A stretch of DNA of 64,000 nt from Oleispira sp. (GCA_051278005.1 JBNMQK010000004.1:2945-66944), one strand, 5' to 3'; positions 10,522-21,548 are shown, counted from the stretch's first letter. Program-made: numbers and translations. Notes: a model not told the origin generated them from the sequence alone.

Positions 10522-10782
10522 GATAATTTCGCCACTGTTAAATTAGAGTGTTAATTTATAGACTGTTCATTGCAGAACAGTTAATTGCAATGCACTTAGA
10601 TCGAGGAGTAATTTAGAGTATTTTGTATCTTTTGTAAAAGTATGTGCTTCAGCTTTTACAGCATTTAACCCATAGGGCGCAGTTTCTTGTGTGTAAATGG
10701 AACAATGAGTTCGAACCGTGTGATTTTTGATCTGCTATTATGCACGTCATTTAAAGCTAAAATATCAAATAGTGGTGTACAT

Positions 10783-12156
10783 GTGAGAGATGAAATTGTT
10801 TCAGCCCCAGTGGGTGGTGTTCTTTATAAGCTGACATTACCAATGGTTATCGGCATTGTTGCTGTATTTTTCTTTAACTTAGTGGATACATTTTTCATTT
10901 CTTTATTGGGAACCCAAAGCTTAGCGGCGGTGAGTTTCACCATGCCGATTGCTATGATCGTCATGAACTTGGCCATTGGTTTAGGGATAGCATCATCGGC
11001 GCTAATTGCACGCGCATCGGGGTCTCGTGACCATACCTTGGCACAACATTATGTGGCCGCTACTTTATTATTAACGCTCGCCATTGCTGCTTTAATGTTG
11101 ATATTCGGGCTGGTGTTTAATGATGAGTTATTTTTGTTGCTGGGAGCGGATGAAGAACTATTACCATTAATTTGGCAATACATGCAGTTTTGGTGGCCAG
11201 GTGTTGTTGTGATGATGTTGATGATCGTGATCAATAGCTGCATGCGGGCGGTGGGTAATACCAAATTACCCAGTCTGATGATGTTGGGGTCGGCCATATT
11301 AAATGCGATTCTTGACCCTATCTTAATTTTCGGTATCGGTCCAATAGAGGGGATGGGCGTTGCGGGGGCTGCTCTTGCCAGTACTCTGTGTTGGCTGATT
11401 GTGGTCATCGTGATGATGTATTCTTTGGCTAAAATTAATTTATTGCATTGGGGAGTATTAACGCTAAGCGTATTAGTGAGTATCTGGCAGCGCTTAATGT
11501 CGCTGGGTATTCCCGCGATTATTACCAATGTATTAGTCCCAGTGGCGAGTGCTTTTTTATTGATTATGATTGCGCCGATGGGAGAACAATCGGTTGCGGC
11601 CTTCGGTGTGGGCGCTAGAATTGAACCTTTTGCGATTGTGGCAATTTTAGCGTTAACGTCGACCATTCCCGTATTTGTGGGGCAAAATTTTGCGGCAGGC
11701 CAGCACGCTAGAATCTGGCAAGCCCTGTCGATTGCGGTACGTTTTATTTTAGTTTGGCAAATCTTGGTATGGTTAGCGCTGTGGCTTCTGTCACCCTTTT
11801 TGGCCACCATTTTTTCTCAAGACCCCGTTGTGATTGATGAAATTGTGAATTATCTAATGATTATGCCAATCGGTTATGCGGGGATGGGGATCGTACTGTG
11901 TGCAAACTCGGCCTTAAATGCGCTACAAAAAACCAGTATTTCAATGCTGTTAAATTTAGTCAGGCTCACTGCTTTTTACGTGCCACTGGCGTGGTTTGGT
12001 GGGCATTATTATGGCTTTGAAGGTTTATTAATGGGGGCGTCGGTCGGTAATCTAATCGCAGGCTTTATTGTGTGGGGTTTAATACGACGTGCGCAAACCA
12101 AAGAGGCCTTTGGTGTGCGTAATCATTCTATTGAATTGGATATTGAGCCATCATAA
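10783..12156 (+). CDS. MATE family efflux transporter
   Basis: About 12 TM segments, NLVDTFFI, LNAILDPILIFG.GP...GVAGAALA; GTG start at 10783 preferred. Confidence 0.92.
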   Translation: MRDEIVSAPVGGVLYKLTLPMVIGIVAVFFFNLVDTFFISLLGTQSLAAVSFTMPIAMIVMNLAIGLGIASSALIARASGSRDHTLAQHYVAATLLLTLAIAALMLIFGLVFNDELFLLLGADEELLPLIWQYMQFWWPGVVVMMLMIVINSCMRAVGNTKLPSLMMLGSAILNAILDPILIFGIGPIEGMGVAGAALASTLCWLIVVIVMMYSLAKINLLHWGVLTLSVLVSIWQRLMSLGIPAIITNVLVPVASAFLLIMIAPMGEQSVAAFGVGARIEPFAIVAILALTSTIPVFVGQNFAAGQHARIWQALSIAVRFILVWQILVWLALWLLSPFLATIFSQDPVVIDEIVNYLMIMPIGYAGMGIVLCANSALNALQKTSISMLLNLVRLTAFYVPLAWFGGHYYGFEGLLMGASVGNLIAGFIVWGLIRRAQTKEAFGVRNHSIELDIEPS

Positions 12157-12158
12157 GG

Positions 12159-12479
12159 CTATCGACGGAAACGACCTAACAGGAAATCCTTGTACATCAC
12201 CCAGTCACCCGCAAAGCTATACAGCGGATATTTAAAGGTGGCGGGGCGGTTGTGTTCTATAAAAAAGTGAGCGACCCAAGCAAAACCGTAGCCCATTAAC
12301 GGCATAAACCACAAGGCCGTGTAATTGCCAGTGACAGTTGCATAGGCAATAATGGCTAATATTCCTGTACTGCCTATGTAGTGAAACGCACGACACATCG
12401 GATGGCGGTGTTCGCTTAGATAAAATGGGTAAAACTCGGCAAACGATGAAAAGCGTTTTTTTTCGGCGATCTCAGTCAT
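12159..12479 (-). CDS. DUF962 (Mpo1-like) membrane protein
   Basis: FYPFYLSEH...R.FHYIG...GY.FAW..HFF.E.NRPATF.YP.YS..GDW. Confidence 0.88.
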   Translation of the reverse strand: MTEIAEKKRFSSFAEFYPFYLSEHRHPMCRAFHYIGSTGILAIIAYATVTGNYTALWFMPLMGYGFAWVAHFFIEHNRPATFKYPLYSFAGDWVMYKDFLLGRFRR

Positions 12480-12631
12480 ATTATGCTCTTTCTGATTATC
12501 CTTTTTCTAAAGAGTATTACTTTGTGCATAGTTGAGCAAGCAAGAGACTTGCAAAGCTTTAGATGAAGTCTGAGAAAACCGTGCGAGATAATTCTCACAC
12601 GCTTTCTTTTGTATGCATTTTTCAAATACGA

Positions 12632-13807
12632 TTAACGTTCAATCGATAACGCCACGCCCATGCCACCACCGATGCAAAGCGTCGCCAGACCCTTGTGCGC
12701 ATCCTGGCGAATCATTTCGTGTAATAGTGTTACCAATACACGACAACCGGAAGCACCAATTGGGTGGCCTAGCGCAATAGCGCCGCCATTAACGTTTACT
12801 TTGTTAGTATCCCATTTAAGTTCTTTATTGACAGACATCGCTTGCACCGCAAAGGCTTCGTTCGCTTCAATTAAGTCAAGATCGTTAATATTCCAACCGG
12901 CTTTCGCTAAGCATTTTGTAACGGCAGGAATCGGCCCTGTTCCCATAATCGTTGGATCAACACCGGCGCTAGCATAGCCTGAAATTGTTGCCAAAATAGG
13001 TAAACCTAGTGCTTCTGCTTTTTCTCGACTGGCGAGCATCACGGCTGCCGCACCATCATTTAATGAGGATGCGTTGCCCGCGGTGACACTGCCGTCTTTC
13101 TTAAAAGCGGCGCGCATACCTGAAAGCTTTTCCGCGGTAACCGCGCGAGGGCCTTCATCGGTATCAAATACGATGTCATCGCCTCGGCGCTGAGGAAGAG
13201 TTACTGCGGTGATTTCATCTTTAAATTTTCCGGCTTTAATGGCCGCGATCGCCTTTGCTTGTGATTGCGCAGCAAACGCATCTTGATCACAACGAGGAAT
13301 TGCAAATTGCTCGGCGATGTTTTCTGCGGTGATTCCCATGTGGTAATCGTTAAAGGCATCCCAAAGACCATCGGTAATCATGGTATCAACCATGGTCCAG
13401 TTGCCCATGCGTTGACCATTGCGAGAATTGGGTAATATATGAGCCGAGTTCGACATAGACTCTTGGCCACCGGCAATAATAATGTCAGCGTCCCCTGCTT
13501 TAATCGCTTGTGCTGCTAAATGCAGAGCTTTAAGACCTGATCCACAGACCTTGTTGATGGTCATCGCAGAAGCCGTTACAGGAATGCCTGCTTTAATGGC
13601 CGCTTGGCGTGCTGGGTTTTGACCACAGCCAGCGGTGAGAACATGACCCATTAATACTTCATCAATGGCGTCAACAGAAATACCTGTTTTTTCGATCAAA
13701 GAACGAATGACAATCGCGCCAAGTTCAGTGGCTTGTAAGCTCGCCAGTGAGCCACCAAAGGTACCGATAGCAGTACGGGTTGCCGCAACAATAACAACAT
13801 CTGTCAT
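12632..13807 (-). CDS. acetyl-CoA C-acetyltransferase (thiolase, AtoB/PhaA-type)
   Basis: [25 protein letters not shown]; start at MTDVVIV with GGAG SD. Confidence 0.96.
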   Translation of the reverse strand: MTDVVIVAATRTAIGTFGGSLASLQATELGAIVIRSLIEKTGISVDAIDEVLMGHVLTAGCGQNPARQAAIKAGIPVTASAMTINKVCGSGLKALHLAAQAIKAGDADIIIAGGQESMSNSAHILPNSRNGQRMGNWTMVDTMITDGLWDAFNDYHMGITAENIAEQFAIPRCDQDAFAAQSQAKAIAAIKAGKFKDEITAVTLPQRRGDDIVFDTDEGPRAVTAEKLSGMRAAFKKDGSVTAGNASSLNDGAAAVMLASREKAEALGLPILATISGYASAGVDPTIMGTGPIPAVTKCLAKAGWNINDLDLIEANEAFAVQAMSVNKELKWDTNKVNVNGGAIALGHPIGASGCRVLVTLLHEMIRQDAHKGLATLCIGGGMGVALSIER

Positions 13808-14016
13808 AAGGTTCTCCAAATTTGATAATATAAAATCATGATAAAGGATCAATAATTGAGACGTATTATACCCTTTGAGGCCGTTTCTTGCTCATTAGGT
13901 TTTAGGGTTGACTCGTGAGTGTATCTTAGAGGGTTTTTGCAGACTTATAGGGATTTGATAGGGTCATTACCTTATGTGATAGGGAAGCTTGAGCGACCGG
14001 TACTTTACGTGTTTAT

Positions 14017-14763
14017 TTAAGCCTTGAACTCGTTAACGATCTTATTTAAGTTTTGCGCTTGCTCTGCAAGATGAGAAGACGCTTGAGAGGTCTTTGTAGC
14101 TCCATCAACTGTATCTTCAGAGATAGCATTGATTTTATAATGTTGACACTAACTTCTTCGGAAACAGCACTTTGTTGCACCGCTGCACTAGCAACCTGAC
14201 TGTTCATGTTATTAATAGTCTCGACGTTGGTCATGACATTAATCAAGAAATTTTCGGTAGCTTAAGATTGGTCTACAACCTTGACTGCTTTTTTTCGGTT
14301 ACTTTTCATGGCATTAACCGCTTGTTCTGTCCGCTCAATAACGGAGTGAATTTCGCTGGTTGATTCTTCGGTATGAGCCGCTAATGATTGAACTTCATCG
14401 GCGACTACTGCAAATCCTCGACCTTGTTCGCTAGCTCTTGCGGCTCCAATGGCTGCGTTTAAGGCTAATAAATTGGTTTGTTCTGCAATGCCTTTAATAA
14501 CCTGCGAGGCGTTACCAATTAATGCACTGTCTTTGGCTAAATTCTTAATGACTTCTTGGGCATGTTCTACGTCAGCCACTAATGCGGAGATAGAAGCAAT
14601 ATTTTCCGCCATTATCTTTTGTGATTGATGGGTGCATTCTTGAACTTCGGTTGCTTGTTGGGATTGTATGGAAAAAAATAAGTATACAGAGAGCCCCAAA
14701 ATCCCAATGTAAGGCAATGGCCATAATTTTGTATTTGATGGACAGTTGGAGAAGAAACTTCAT
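14017..14763 (-). pseudogene. degraded methyl-accepting chemotaxis protein
   Basis: [13 protein letters not shown] start, frameshift into a TM, direct jump to signalling hairpin [31 protein letters not shown], internal stop at 14262, more frameshifts, end AEQAQNLNKIVNEFKA*. Confidence 0.85.
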
Positions 14764-14974
14764 TGCTATTCTGTGCTTAAAGTAAGGGTTTGCATGCATG
14801 TTAGCTTATTAATAAATAGTTCAAGAGTGGCAAAACGGCAAGAGTATGAGGCGAGAAATCTAAAAAACGATAACAATTTAATGATCTAAAAATAATAGTT
14901 CTAGTTGAGTAATGATAAAGCATGAACTTGGCCCATTATGATAATGAGCCAAGTGTTATGGATTAATCCGTTTC

Positions 14975-16627
14975 TTATAGTAAATCTTGCATCTTTTTAT
15001 AGGCTTGTACGAGGCCGCTGGTCGAGCTGTCAAAGTCTGCACTACTGGCTCGTCCCTCTAACGCAGATAAGACGTTATTACCCATGTCTTTACCGAGTTC
15101 CACGCCCCATTGATCAAATGAGTTTACGCCCCAAATCATGCCTTGAGCGGCCACCTTGTGTTCGTAGAGCGCAATTAAGGCGCCAACGGAATGAGGCGTT
15201 GATTTCGGGAAGTAAAGAGTATTACTGGGGCGGTTTCCAGGAATGACTTTTTGTGCGGCTAATGCGATTGCTTCACCTTCACTCATGCCTGCGGCTAAGC
15301 ATTCATCAATGGCTTGTTGCTCAGTTTTACCGGTTAATAACGCTTGGCTTTGTGACAGTGCGTTTGACACAAGCATGGCGTGGAAATTATCAATGGGGTT
15401 ATGACTGCGCATCGGCATAATAAAATCGCTGGGCGAAAAGTGGGTGCCTTGGTGCAGTAGCTGGTGATATGCATGCTGACCGTTAGAACCCACTCCTCCC
15501 CATATAATCGGCCCAGTATGATAATCTACTTTGCATCCATCAATGCCAATGGATTTGCCGTTACTTTCCATATCCAATTGTTGTAAATGAGCAGGTAAGC
15601 CTCGCAGATAATGGTCGTATGGCAAAATAGCTTGGGAGTTAATACCAAAAAAGTTGACATACCAAACGCCCAGCAATGCCATGATAACGGGCATGTTTTT
15701 TTCCATCGGTGCTGTGCGAAAGTGTTCATCCATTTCATGAGCACCGCGCAGCATTTCACGAAAATTATCGATGCCTATCGCCAGCGCCAGTGGCAAGCCA
15801 ATGGCTGACCAAAGCGAGTAACGTCCACCGACCCAATCCCACATAGGGAATATGTTTTCTTCGGCGATACCAAACTCAACCGCTTTTTCTACGTTGGCGG
15901 AAACGGCGGCAAAGTGTTTCGGTAAATCATCCAATTCGCCGCCATTATCGAGAAACCATTGACGACACGCGAGTGCATTTTTTAGCGTTTCTTGAGTGCC
16001 AAAAGATTTTGACTGAACGATGAATAGTGTACTTTCAGGATTTAGATGCTTCAAAATCTCGGTAATGTGTGAGCCATCGATGTTCGCGAGGTAGTGCACA
16101 TTAATTTGGTTATCGTTGTAGGGCTTTAACGCACTAGAGGCCAATTTTGGCCCTAAAAATGAGCCGCCAATACCGATAGAGACAACGTCGGTAAAAGGTT
16201 TGTTGGAATAGCCGCGCCAGTGCTTACGACGGACTTTCCAACAGAATTCTTCCATGCGATTCATGGTATCGCGTACTTCTGGCATGACATCGACACCGTT
16301 AACCATTACGGGGCGATCACTGAAGTTTCTCAATGCGGTGTGAAGTGCTGGGCGATGTTCGCTGCGGTTAACTAGCTCTCCTTCAAACAGGGCTTTGATT
16401 TGACCAGGCAGGTCTCGCTTCTTGGCTAACTGAGTGAGCAGGTCCATGGTTTCGGTGGTGATGCGGTTTTTAGAATAATCTAAGGTCAGGCCAGCGGCTT
16501 CTATATTGAAGCGGTCAAAACGCTGGTTATCTTGCTTGAACCAATCCGCCATATGTTGCGGGTGGATGTCGGTGAAGTGATGTTGTAATTGTTGCCAAAT
16601 GTCGAGACGTTGCAGCGGTGTGCTCAT
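14975..16627 (-). CDS. pgi: glucose-6-phosphate isomerase
   Basis: GIGGS, SKSFGTQET, DWVGGRYSLWS, DQWGVELGK. Confidence 0.98.
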   Translation of the reverse strand: MSTPLQRLDIWQQLQHHFTDIHPQHMADWFKQDNQRFDRFNIEAAGLTLDYSKNRITTETMDLLTQLAKKRDLPGQIKALFEGELVNRSEHRPALHTALRNFSDRPVMVNGVDVMPEVRDTMNRMEEFCWKVRRKHWRGYSNKPFTDVVSIGIGGSFLGPKLASSALKPYNDNQINVHYLANIDGSHITEILKHLNPESTLFIVQSKSFGTQETLKNALACRQWFLDNGGELDDLPKHFAAVSANVEKAVEFGIAEENIFPMWDWVGGRYSLWSAIGLPLALAIGIDNFREMLRGAHEMDEHFRTAPMEKNMPVIMALLGVWYVNFFGINSQAILPYDHYLRGLPAHLQQLDMESNGKSIGIDGCKVDYHTGPIIWGGVGSNGQHAYHQLLHQGTHFSPSDFIMPMRSHNPIDNFHAMLVSNALSQSQALLTGKTEQQAIDECLAAGMSEGEAIALAAQKVIPGNRPSNTLYFPKSTPHSVGALIALYEHKVAAQGMIWGVNSFDQWGVELGKDMGNNVLSALEGRASSADFDSSTSGLVQAYKKMQDLL

Positions 16628-16746
16628 AAATATCCTTATATGAGTCGAATATAGTTATTCGTTAAAGTATAAGCGTTTGTGCTGGGTTGGGACAGTGGAC
16701 AAAGTATTCAATTGGCTTTCAACGGGGTTGTTAATAAACCAGAATC

Positions 16747-16771
16747 AAAAACGCCACAGTCAATGTGGCGT
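16747..16771 (-). terminator. intrinsic terminator after panD
   Basis: ACGCCACA-loop-TGTGGCGT with U-tract on the minus strand. Confidence 0.7.
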
Positions 16772-16806
16772 ATGAGTCGTCAAGTTTACAATCGAATTAG
16801 AATCGA

Positions 16807-17187
16807 TTAAGCAACTTGAACAGGAATATCGAAGCTGGTATGGCTAACAGTATTATCGGCGTTGGTATAAACCATTTTAGGCTTAAAGTTAGCCAGTTCT
16901 TTTTCGTCATAAGTGCCGTAAGCACAAATAATCAAGCGGTCACCCACTTGAGCTAAGCGCGCTGCAGCGCCATTGACAGAAATAATACCTGAATCATCTT
17001 CACCGCGAATAACATATGTGGTGAAACGAGCACCATTTTCCATATTGTAAATTTGAATTTGTTCAAATTCGCGCATGCCTGTCAACGCTAACAATTTACC
17101 GTCGATCGCGCAGGAGCCTTCATAATTCAATACGGCCTGTGTGACTCGAGCCTGATGTATCTTGGCTTTCAGCATTGTGGACTGCAT
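16807..17187 (-). CDS. panD: aspartate 1-decarboxylase
   Basis: [12 protein letters not shown] self-cleavage site, [14 protein letters not shown]. Confidence 0.97.
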   Translation of the reverse strand: MQSTMLKAKIHQARVTQAVLNYEGSCAIDGKLLALTGMREFEQIQIYNMENGARFTTYVIRGEDDSGIISVNGAAARLAQVGDRLIICAYGTYDEKELANFKPKMVYTNADNTVSHTSFDIPVQVA

Positions 17188-17287
17188 AGAAAAAAACCTT
17201 TAATCCGGTTACGTCTCAATGACTCAGCAGGCAAAAAATGCCTCTGTTTTCACTGGTTAATTTATAGCCTCATAGAAGGCGGTGCAA

Positions 17288-17316
17288 AGTATGCCTCAAT
17301 CGCTAGTCCGATTCAA
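17288..17316 (-). promoter_or_regulatory. candidate internal sigma70 promoter for panD
   Basis: Minus strand TTGAAT-17 bp-CATACT followed by GC-rich TTGCACCGCC. Confidence 0.5.
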
Positions 17317-18162
17317 CGAAAATGGCAAATTATCAATAAGGCGTGCACTGCCCAAAAAGGCAGCAATCAGTACTACAAGCTTGTCATCTTCAGCCGTGGC
17401 TGGCTTTAAATCAGATTCTCGACATAGGGCTAGATAGTCAACTTTGAAGCCTTTTTTATTTAATCTCTGCTGAGTTTGCTCTAAAGTAGAGTCAAAATCA
17501 TTACCTTGTTGAATGGCGCTGGCTACATCCTGCAAGGCTTTAAAGATAGCAGGTGCTAATGCTAATTCATTGGCCGACAAGTAGCCATTGCGCGAACTTA
17601 GAGCCAAGCCATCCTTATTTCGCTCTGTGCTAATACCGACAATCGTAATTGGAAGGCACAGGTCAGCAACCATTTTACGTATAACCGCTAATTGCTGAAA
17701 ATCTTTTTCGCCAAAGAACGCTTTATCCGCTTGTACCATGTTGAACAACTTAGTGACCACGGTCGCGACACCGTTAAAATGACCGGGTCGAGATCCACCG
17801 CATAAGCCTAATGATACATCGGGAACGGCCACAATTGATTGGCTTTCTTGGCCATTCGGATACATTTCATTGACGGTAGGAGCGAAGAGTAGGTTGCAAC
17901 CATTGTCTGCTAATAAAGCCTGATCTTGCTCTAATGTGCGCGGGTAGTTGGTTAAATCACTGGGGTTGTTAAACTGTAAGGGATTAACGAAAATACTCGC
18001 AATGACGATATCACATTGCTTATAGGCCTTTTTCACCAAGCGCATATGGCCTGCATGCAAGTTACCCATCGTGGGCACAAAGCCGACACTTAACCCTTTG
18101 AATTTTGCGTGCTGTACATATTCACGTAATTCAGCGACCGTAGAAACCGTTAATAAACTCAT
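17296..18162 (-). CDS. panC: pantoate--beta-alanine ligase
   Basis: PTMGNLHAGH, FVNPLQF, RPGHF.GV, GEKDFQQ, LSSRN. Confidence 0.98.
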   Translation of the reverse strand: MSLLTVSTVAELREYVQHAKFKGLSVGFVPTMGNLHAGHMRLVKKAYKQCDIVIASIFVNPLQFNNPSDLTNYPRTLEQDQALLADNGCNLLFAPTVNEMYPNGQESQSIVAVPDVSLGLCGGSRPGHFNGVATVVTKLFNMVQADKAFFGEKDFQQLAVIRKMVADLCLPITIVGISTERNKDGLALSSRNGYLSANELALAPAIFKALQDVASAIQQGNDFDSTLEQTQQRLNKKGFKVDYLALCRESDLKPATAEDDKLVVLIAAFLGSARLIDNLPFSLNRTSD

Positions 18163-18258
18163 GCCACAACCTATGTTAAATACTGTCTATCTGTTAATAC
18201 AGCTTCGCTGTGTATATTGTTTATTTTGAATACAGGCGATGATAAAAATCATGAGCGT

Positions 18259-19053
18259 TTAAGAAAACGCGTGTTCGACACCCGGAAAGCTGCCTGCTTT
18301 CACTTCTTCGCCATACGCGGCAATTGCTTGCTGAGGCGTTCGACCTTCAATCATGAAATTCTTCACAAACTTAGGGATATGACCGGCATTAAGACCCAGC
18401 ATGTCATAGACCACGAGCACCTGAGCATCGGTATTGCTCCCAGCGCCAATGCCAATAACAGGAATATTTACGGCTTCTGTAATCGCTTTGCCTAAACTGC
18501 TCGGTACACACTCCAATAAAATACAATCGGCGCCTGCGGCTTCAAGATTTTGAGAGTGTTCAATCATCGCTTGAGCTTTTGTGTCATCACGTCCTTGAAC
18601 GCGATAACCCCCTAGTTTGTTGACTGCTTGAGGGGTTAAGCCTAAATGAGCGCAGACAGGGACTCCCTGACGCGCTAAGCATTCAACCAAAGGTACTAAC
18701 CAATCATCCCCTTCAACTTTCACCATGTTCGCGCCCGCTTGCATTAATAGCGCAGCGTTAGCTTGGCCTTGATCTACTGTGCTGTAACTCATAAATGGCA
18801 TGTCAGCCATGATGAGTGCACCTTTATTTCCTTGAGCCACGCAGCGGGTATGATATTCCATGTCAGCCATGGTGACGGGCAAGGTGCTGTCTTTGCCTTG
18901 GCAAACCATACCTAAAGAGTCGCCGACTAAAAGTACTTCAATACCTGCAGCGCTTGCAAGTTGGCTGAAGGTTGCGTCGTATGCGGTCAATACGCTGAAT
19001 TTCTCGCCTTTATTCTTACATTCATTAAGGGTACGGATACTGACATTATTCAT
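18259..19053 (-). CDS. panB: 3-methyl-2-oxobutanoate hydroxymethyltransferase
   Basis: TAYD, LVGDSLG, ADMPF, HLGLTPQ, IGIGAG. Confidence 0.98.
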   Translation of the reverse strand: MNNVSIRTLNECKNKGEKFSVLTAYDATFSQLASAAGIEVLLVGDSLGMVCQGKDSTLPVTMADMEYHTRCVAQGNKGALIMADMPFMSYSTVDQGQANAALLMQAGANMVKVEGDDWLVPLVECLARQGVPVCAHLGLTPQAVNKLGGYRVQGRDDTKAQAMIEHSQNLEAAGADCILLECVPSSLGKAITEAVNIPVIGIGAGSNTDAQVLVVYDMLGLNAGHIPKFVKNFMIEGRTPQQAIAAYGEEVKAGSFPGVEHAFS

Positions 19054-19116
19054 GCTGTGCCTCAGGTATTCTAATGATGTTAATAATTCATAAAGGGTGC
19101 GAACTTGTTGCCAAGA

Positions 19117-19596
19117 TTAATCGCGGATGCGGATTAAATCATTATCCAGCTCAGTGAGCAATTGCTCTAAAGCTATGCCATCGGGGAAGATAAGACTAGG
19201 ACTTATTTCAGACAAGGGAAACAATACAAAACTACGTTGCTGCGCAAAAGGGTGTGGAACGGTTAATCGCTCACTCTCAATGACTTTGTTACCCATTAAA
19301 ATGATGTCCAAATCCAGTGTGCGTTCACCCCAATGGCGCTTACGAAGGCGTCCGTGATCTTGTTCCAGTTGTTGCAACGCATCAAGTAGATCAAGGGGCT
19401 CTAATTGCGTATCTAATAGAGCAACGGCATTGACATAATCAGGCTGATCTTGAGGACCAACGGGCTTGCTATGATAAAGCGAAGAGTGCGAAATCAAGGT
19501 GGTATTAGGCAATCGAGCAAGCTCAATTAAGGCTTGCTCTATTTGCTGCTGGGGCTGGTCAAGATTCGCCCCTAGACCGATATAAGACAATGCCAT
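19117..19596 (-). CDS. folK: HPPK, folate biosynthesis
   Basis: YIGLGANL, QPDYVNAV, WGERTLDLDII, L.VPHP. Confidence 0.97.
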   Translation of the reverse strand: MALSYIGLGANLDQPQQQIEQALIELARLPNTTLISHSSLYHSKPVGPQDQPDYVNAVALLDTQLEPLDLLDALQQLEQDHGRLRKRHWGERTLDLDIILMGNKVIESERLTVPHPFAQQRSFVLFPLSEISPSLIFPDGIALEQLLTELDNDLIRIRD

Positions 19597-19614
19597 TCAT
19601 CCATCTCCTAGCGC

Positions 19615-21009
19615 TTAGGACTCAGGGTTACGAGAACGTTGTCTATCATTCGGCGTGCCGCGATTGGTACGACGTGGACGACGCTTTTTAGTATGACGTT
19701 CTTCTGGCTGTCGATTTTCGGCCACTTCTTTATATTCATCAGTTTCTTGATACTGGGTCCACCAGTTACCTAAACCTCTAAGGTCTTCGCCACATTGTTC
19801 ACGTAGAAGAACAAAATCATACGCTGCACGGAAACGATTACTTTCAGCGGCTTCAGCGGCTTTTTTGCCTCTTTTACGTTCTAATCGTGACTGCATGTCC
19901 CAAATTTCTTTCATGGGAATTGTAAAGCGCTTAGGAATAGACGTGCGCTTTAACTGCTGTTCAATCACCCGGCTCGCGGCTTTATGCAATGACGGCTGAG
20001 GTGGAATGCCTTGCTCTAAAAAATCTGCTTGGACCCTTTGTAGAGACGGCCAAAGCAGGGCGGCAAAAAAGTAATAAGGTGTGACGGATTTACCTGATTG
20101 AATCCGATCATCCGTATTAATCATGGTTTGCTCAACAAAACGAGCCGCAAATTCGTCGTGAGCGACACACTGCTCAGTCAGCGGGAACAGCTCACCAAAT
20201 AACTTATATTCACGTAATAGACGATACGTTACCAATGCATTGCCGGATAAGAATAGTTTTAACACTTCTTCGAATAAGCGCGGAGCAGGGATCTGCTCCA
20301 TTAACGGAGCCATCATTTCAATGGGGGCTTTTGTCTCTTGTTCGATTTCAAAATCTAATTTGCCGGCAAAGCGAATAGCACGCAGCATACGCACGGGATC
20401 TTCGCGGTAACGCGTTTCAGGATCTCCCATTAAACGAATGAGTTTATCTTGAGCATCTTGATAGCCACCAGCATAAGAAAGTACCGTGAAATCATCGACA
20501 GCGTAGTACATCGCATTAATCGTGAAGTCACGACGCATCGCATCATCATCAATAGTGCCATATACGTTGTCGCGTAAAATCATGCCGCTATCGCCCGTTT
20601 GGGCTTGATTACTGTTGTGTTCTTCTTTTGGTGAAGTACGAAAAGTTGCCACTTCAATGACTTCGCGCCCAAATAATACGTGCACGAGTTTAAAACGACG
20701 ACCAATTAAGCGAGAGTTACGGAACAGTTGGTTGACTTGTTCTGGGGTAGCGTTTGTTGCAACATCAAAGTCTTTGGGGTGCGCGCCCAGCATAGAGTCA
20801 CGCACGCAACCGCCCACAAGATAAGCTTGATAGCCCGCGTTATTCAGGCGATACAAAACTTTTAGTGCATTTTCACTTAGCTGACGACGACTAATGCCGT
20901 GCTCTTTGCGCTGCAGAATTTGCGGTTTGATCTCTTTATCCGCGTTTTTAGCTTTGCGGCCCCCCATTAAAGAAGGGAAAAAGCGCGCTACAGTATTAAC
21001 TATGGACAT
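19615..21009 (-). CDS. pcnB: poly(A) polymerase I
   Basis: VGGCVRD, KDFDVAT, PAP-specific LIGRRFKLVHV, RRDFTINA, EDPVRMLRA, Arg-rich tail. Confidence 0.97.
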   Translation of the reverse strand: MSIVNTVARFFPSLMGGRKAKNADKEIKPQILQRKEHGISRRQLSENALKVLYRLNNAGYQAYLVGGCVRDSMLGAHPKDFDVATNATPEQVNQLFRNSRLIGRRFKLVHVLFGREVIEVATFRTSPKEEHNSNQAQTGDSGMILRDNVYGTIDDDAMRRDFTINAMYYAVDDFTVLSYAGGYQDAQDKLIRLMGDPETRYREDPVRMLRAIRFAGKLDFEIEQETKAPIEMMAPLMEQIPAPRLFEEVLKLFLSGNALVTYRLLREYKLFGELFPLTEQCVAHDEFAARFVEQTMINTDDRIQSGKSVTPYYFFAALLWPSLQRVQADFLEQGIPPQPSLHKAASRVIEQQLKRTSIPKRFTIPMKEIWDMQSRLERKRGKKAAEAAESNRFRAAYDFVLLREQCGEDLRGLGNWWTQYQETDEYKEVAENRQPEERHTKKRRPRRTNRGTPNDRQRSRNPES

Positions 21010-21109
21010 CTATGGTTGCCTGGATTTTCGCGATTGCAGGGGGAAGTTACTTTAAAGAAAAACTTGCGCCTGTCGATTATGATTATTGTTCAATATTAGT
21101 TAGTTAACG

Positions 21110-21137
21110 AGTTTACATGATGGGTTGGCGCTTTCAA
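21110..21137 (-). promoter_or_regulatory. candidate sigma70 promoter of pcnB
   Basis: Minus strand TTGAAA-16 bp-TAAACT about 100 nt upstream of the pcnB ATG. Confidence 0.4.
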
Positions 21138-21174
21138 AGCATCTGAAGCTATATAAAGGCTGGGGATAAATAAA

Positions 21175-21503
21175 AGGGGGATAATAAAGGAAGTAAAGCT
21201 CAGGTTTGGTGGTTATTATTTTTATTGTTACCAAACCGAGATAAGTAAACTAGCTGTTTTGAATACGCAGGAACTAACAGCTCCGTTATTATTCTTATTC
21301 TTATGAGTGTGCTAAGTAACGCTCACTTCGCACTCAAAACAACTAATTTTTCATTTTTCCACGCCTCTTTATTATTCTTATTATGAGGCCACCTCTTCAT
21401 GGGTGTTTTGATATTCGTAAACGCGATTTTATTTTTATTATTGCGTTTAGTTTCAATCTTACGTTTTAGCGTTGTTATTTTTATAAGTGCCTTAACGTTA
21501 TAT
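21175..21503 (-). ncRNA. CrcZ/CrcY-like Hfq-Crc sequestering sRNA, copy 2 (about 320 nt; ends approximate)
   Basis: No ORF; own sigma54 promoter; five A-rich AANAANAA tracts (21472-84, 21427-42, 21368-84, 21286-304, 21213-29), at least three closed by stems; final hairpin followed by pyrimidine-rich tail. Confidence 0.8.
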
Positions 21504-21513
21504 TCTAATATAT

Positions 21514-21530
21514 AGCTATAATCGTGCCAA
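21514..21530 (-). promoter_or_regulatory. sigma54 (-24/-12) promoter of sRNA copy 2
   Basis: TTGGCACGATTATAGCT, GG-N10-GC. Confidence 0.85.
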
Positions 21531-21548
21531 CATTATAATTCCCTTTTA

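Noticed and set aside
11049-11810. 253-aa antisense ORF over the MATE gene
   Set aside because: Typical stop-poor shadow of a hydrophobic membrane-protein gene; the same applies to the other short nested ORFs in the track
21125-21141. + strand TTGGCGCTTTCAAAGCA with GG-N10-GC spacing
   Set aside because: Poor match outside GG/GC, no activator or IHF sites nearby, and it overlaps the likelier pcnB promoter
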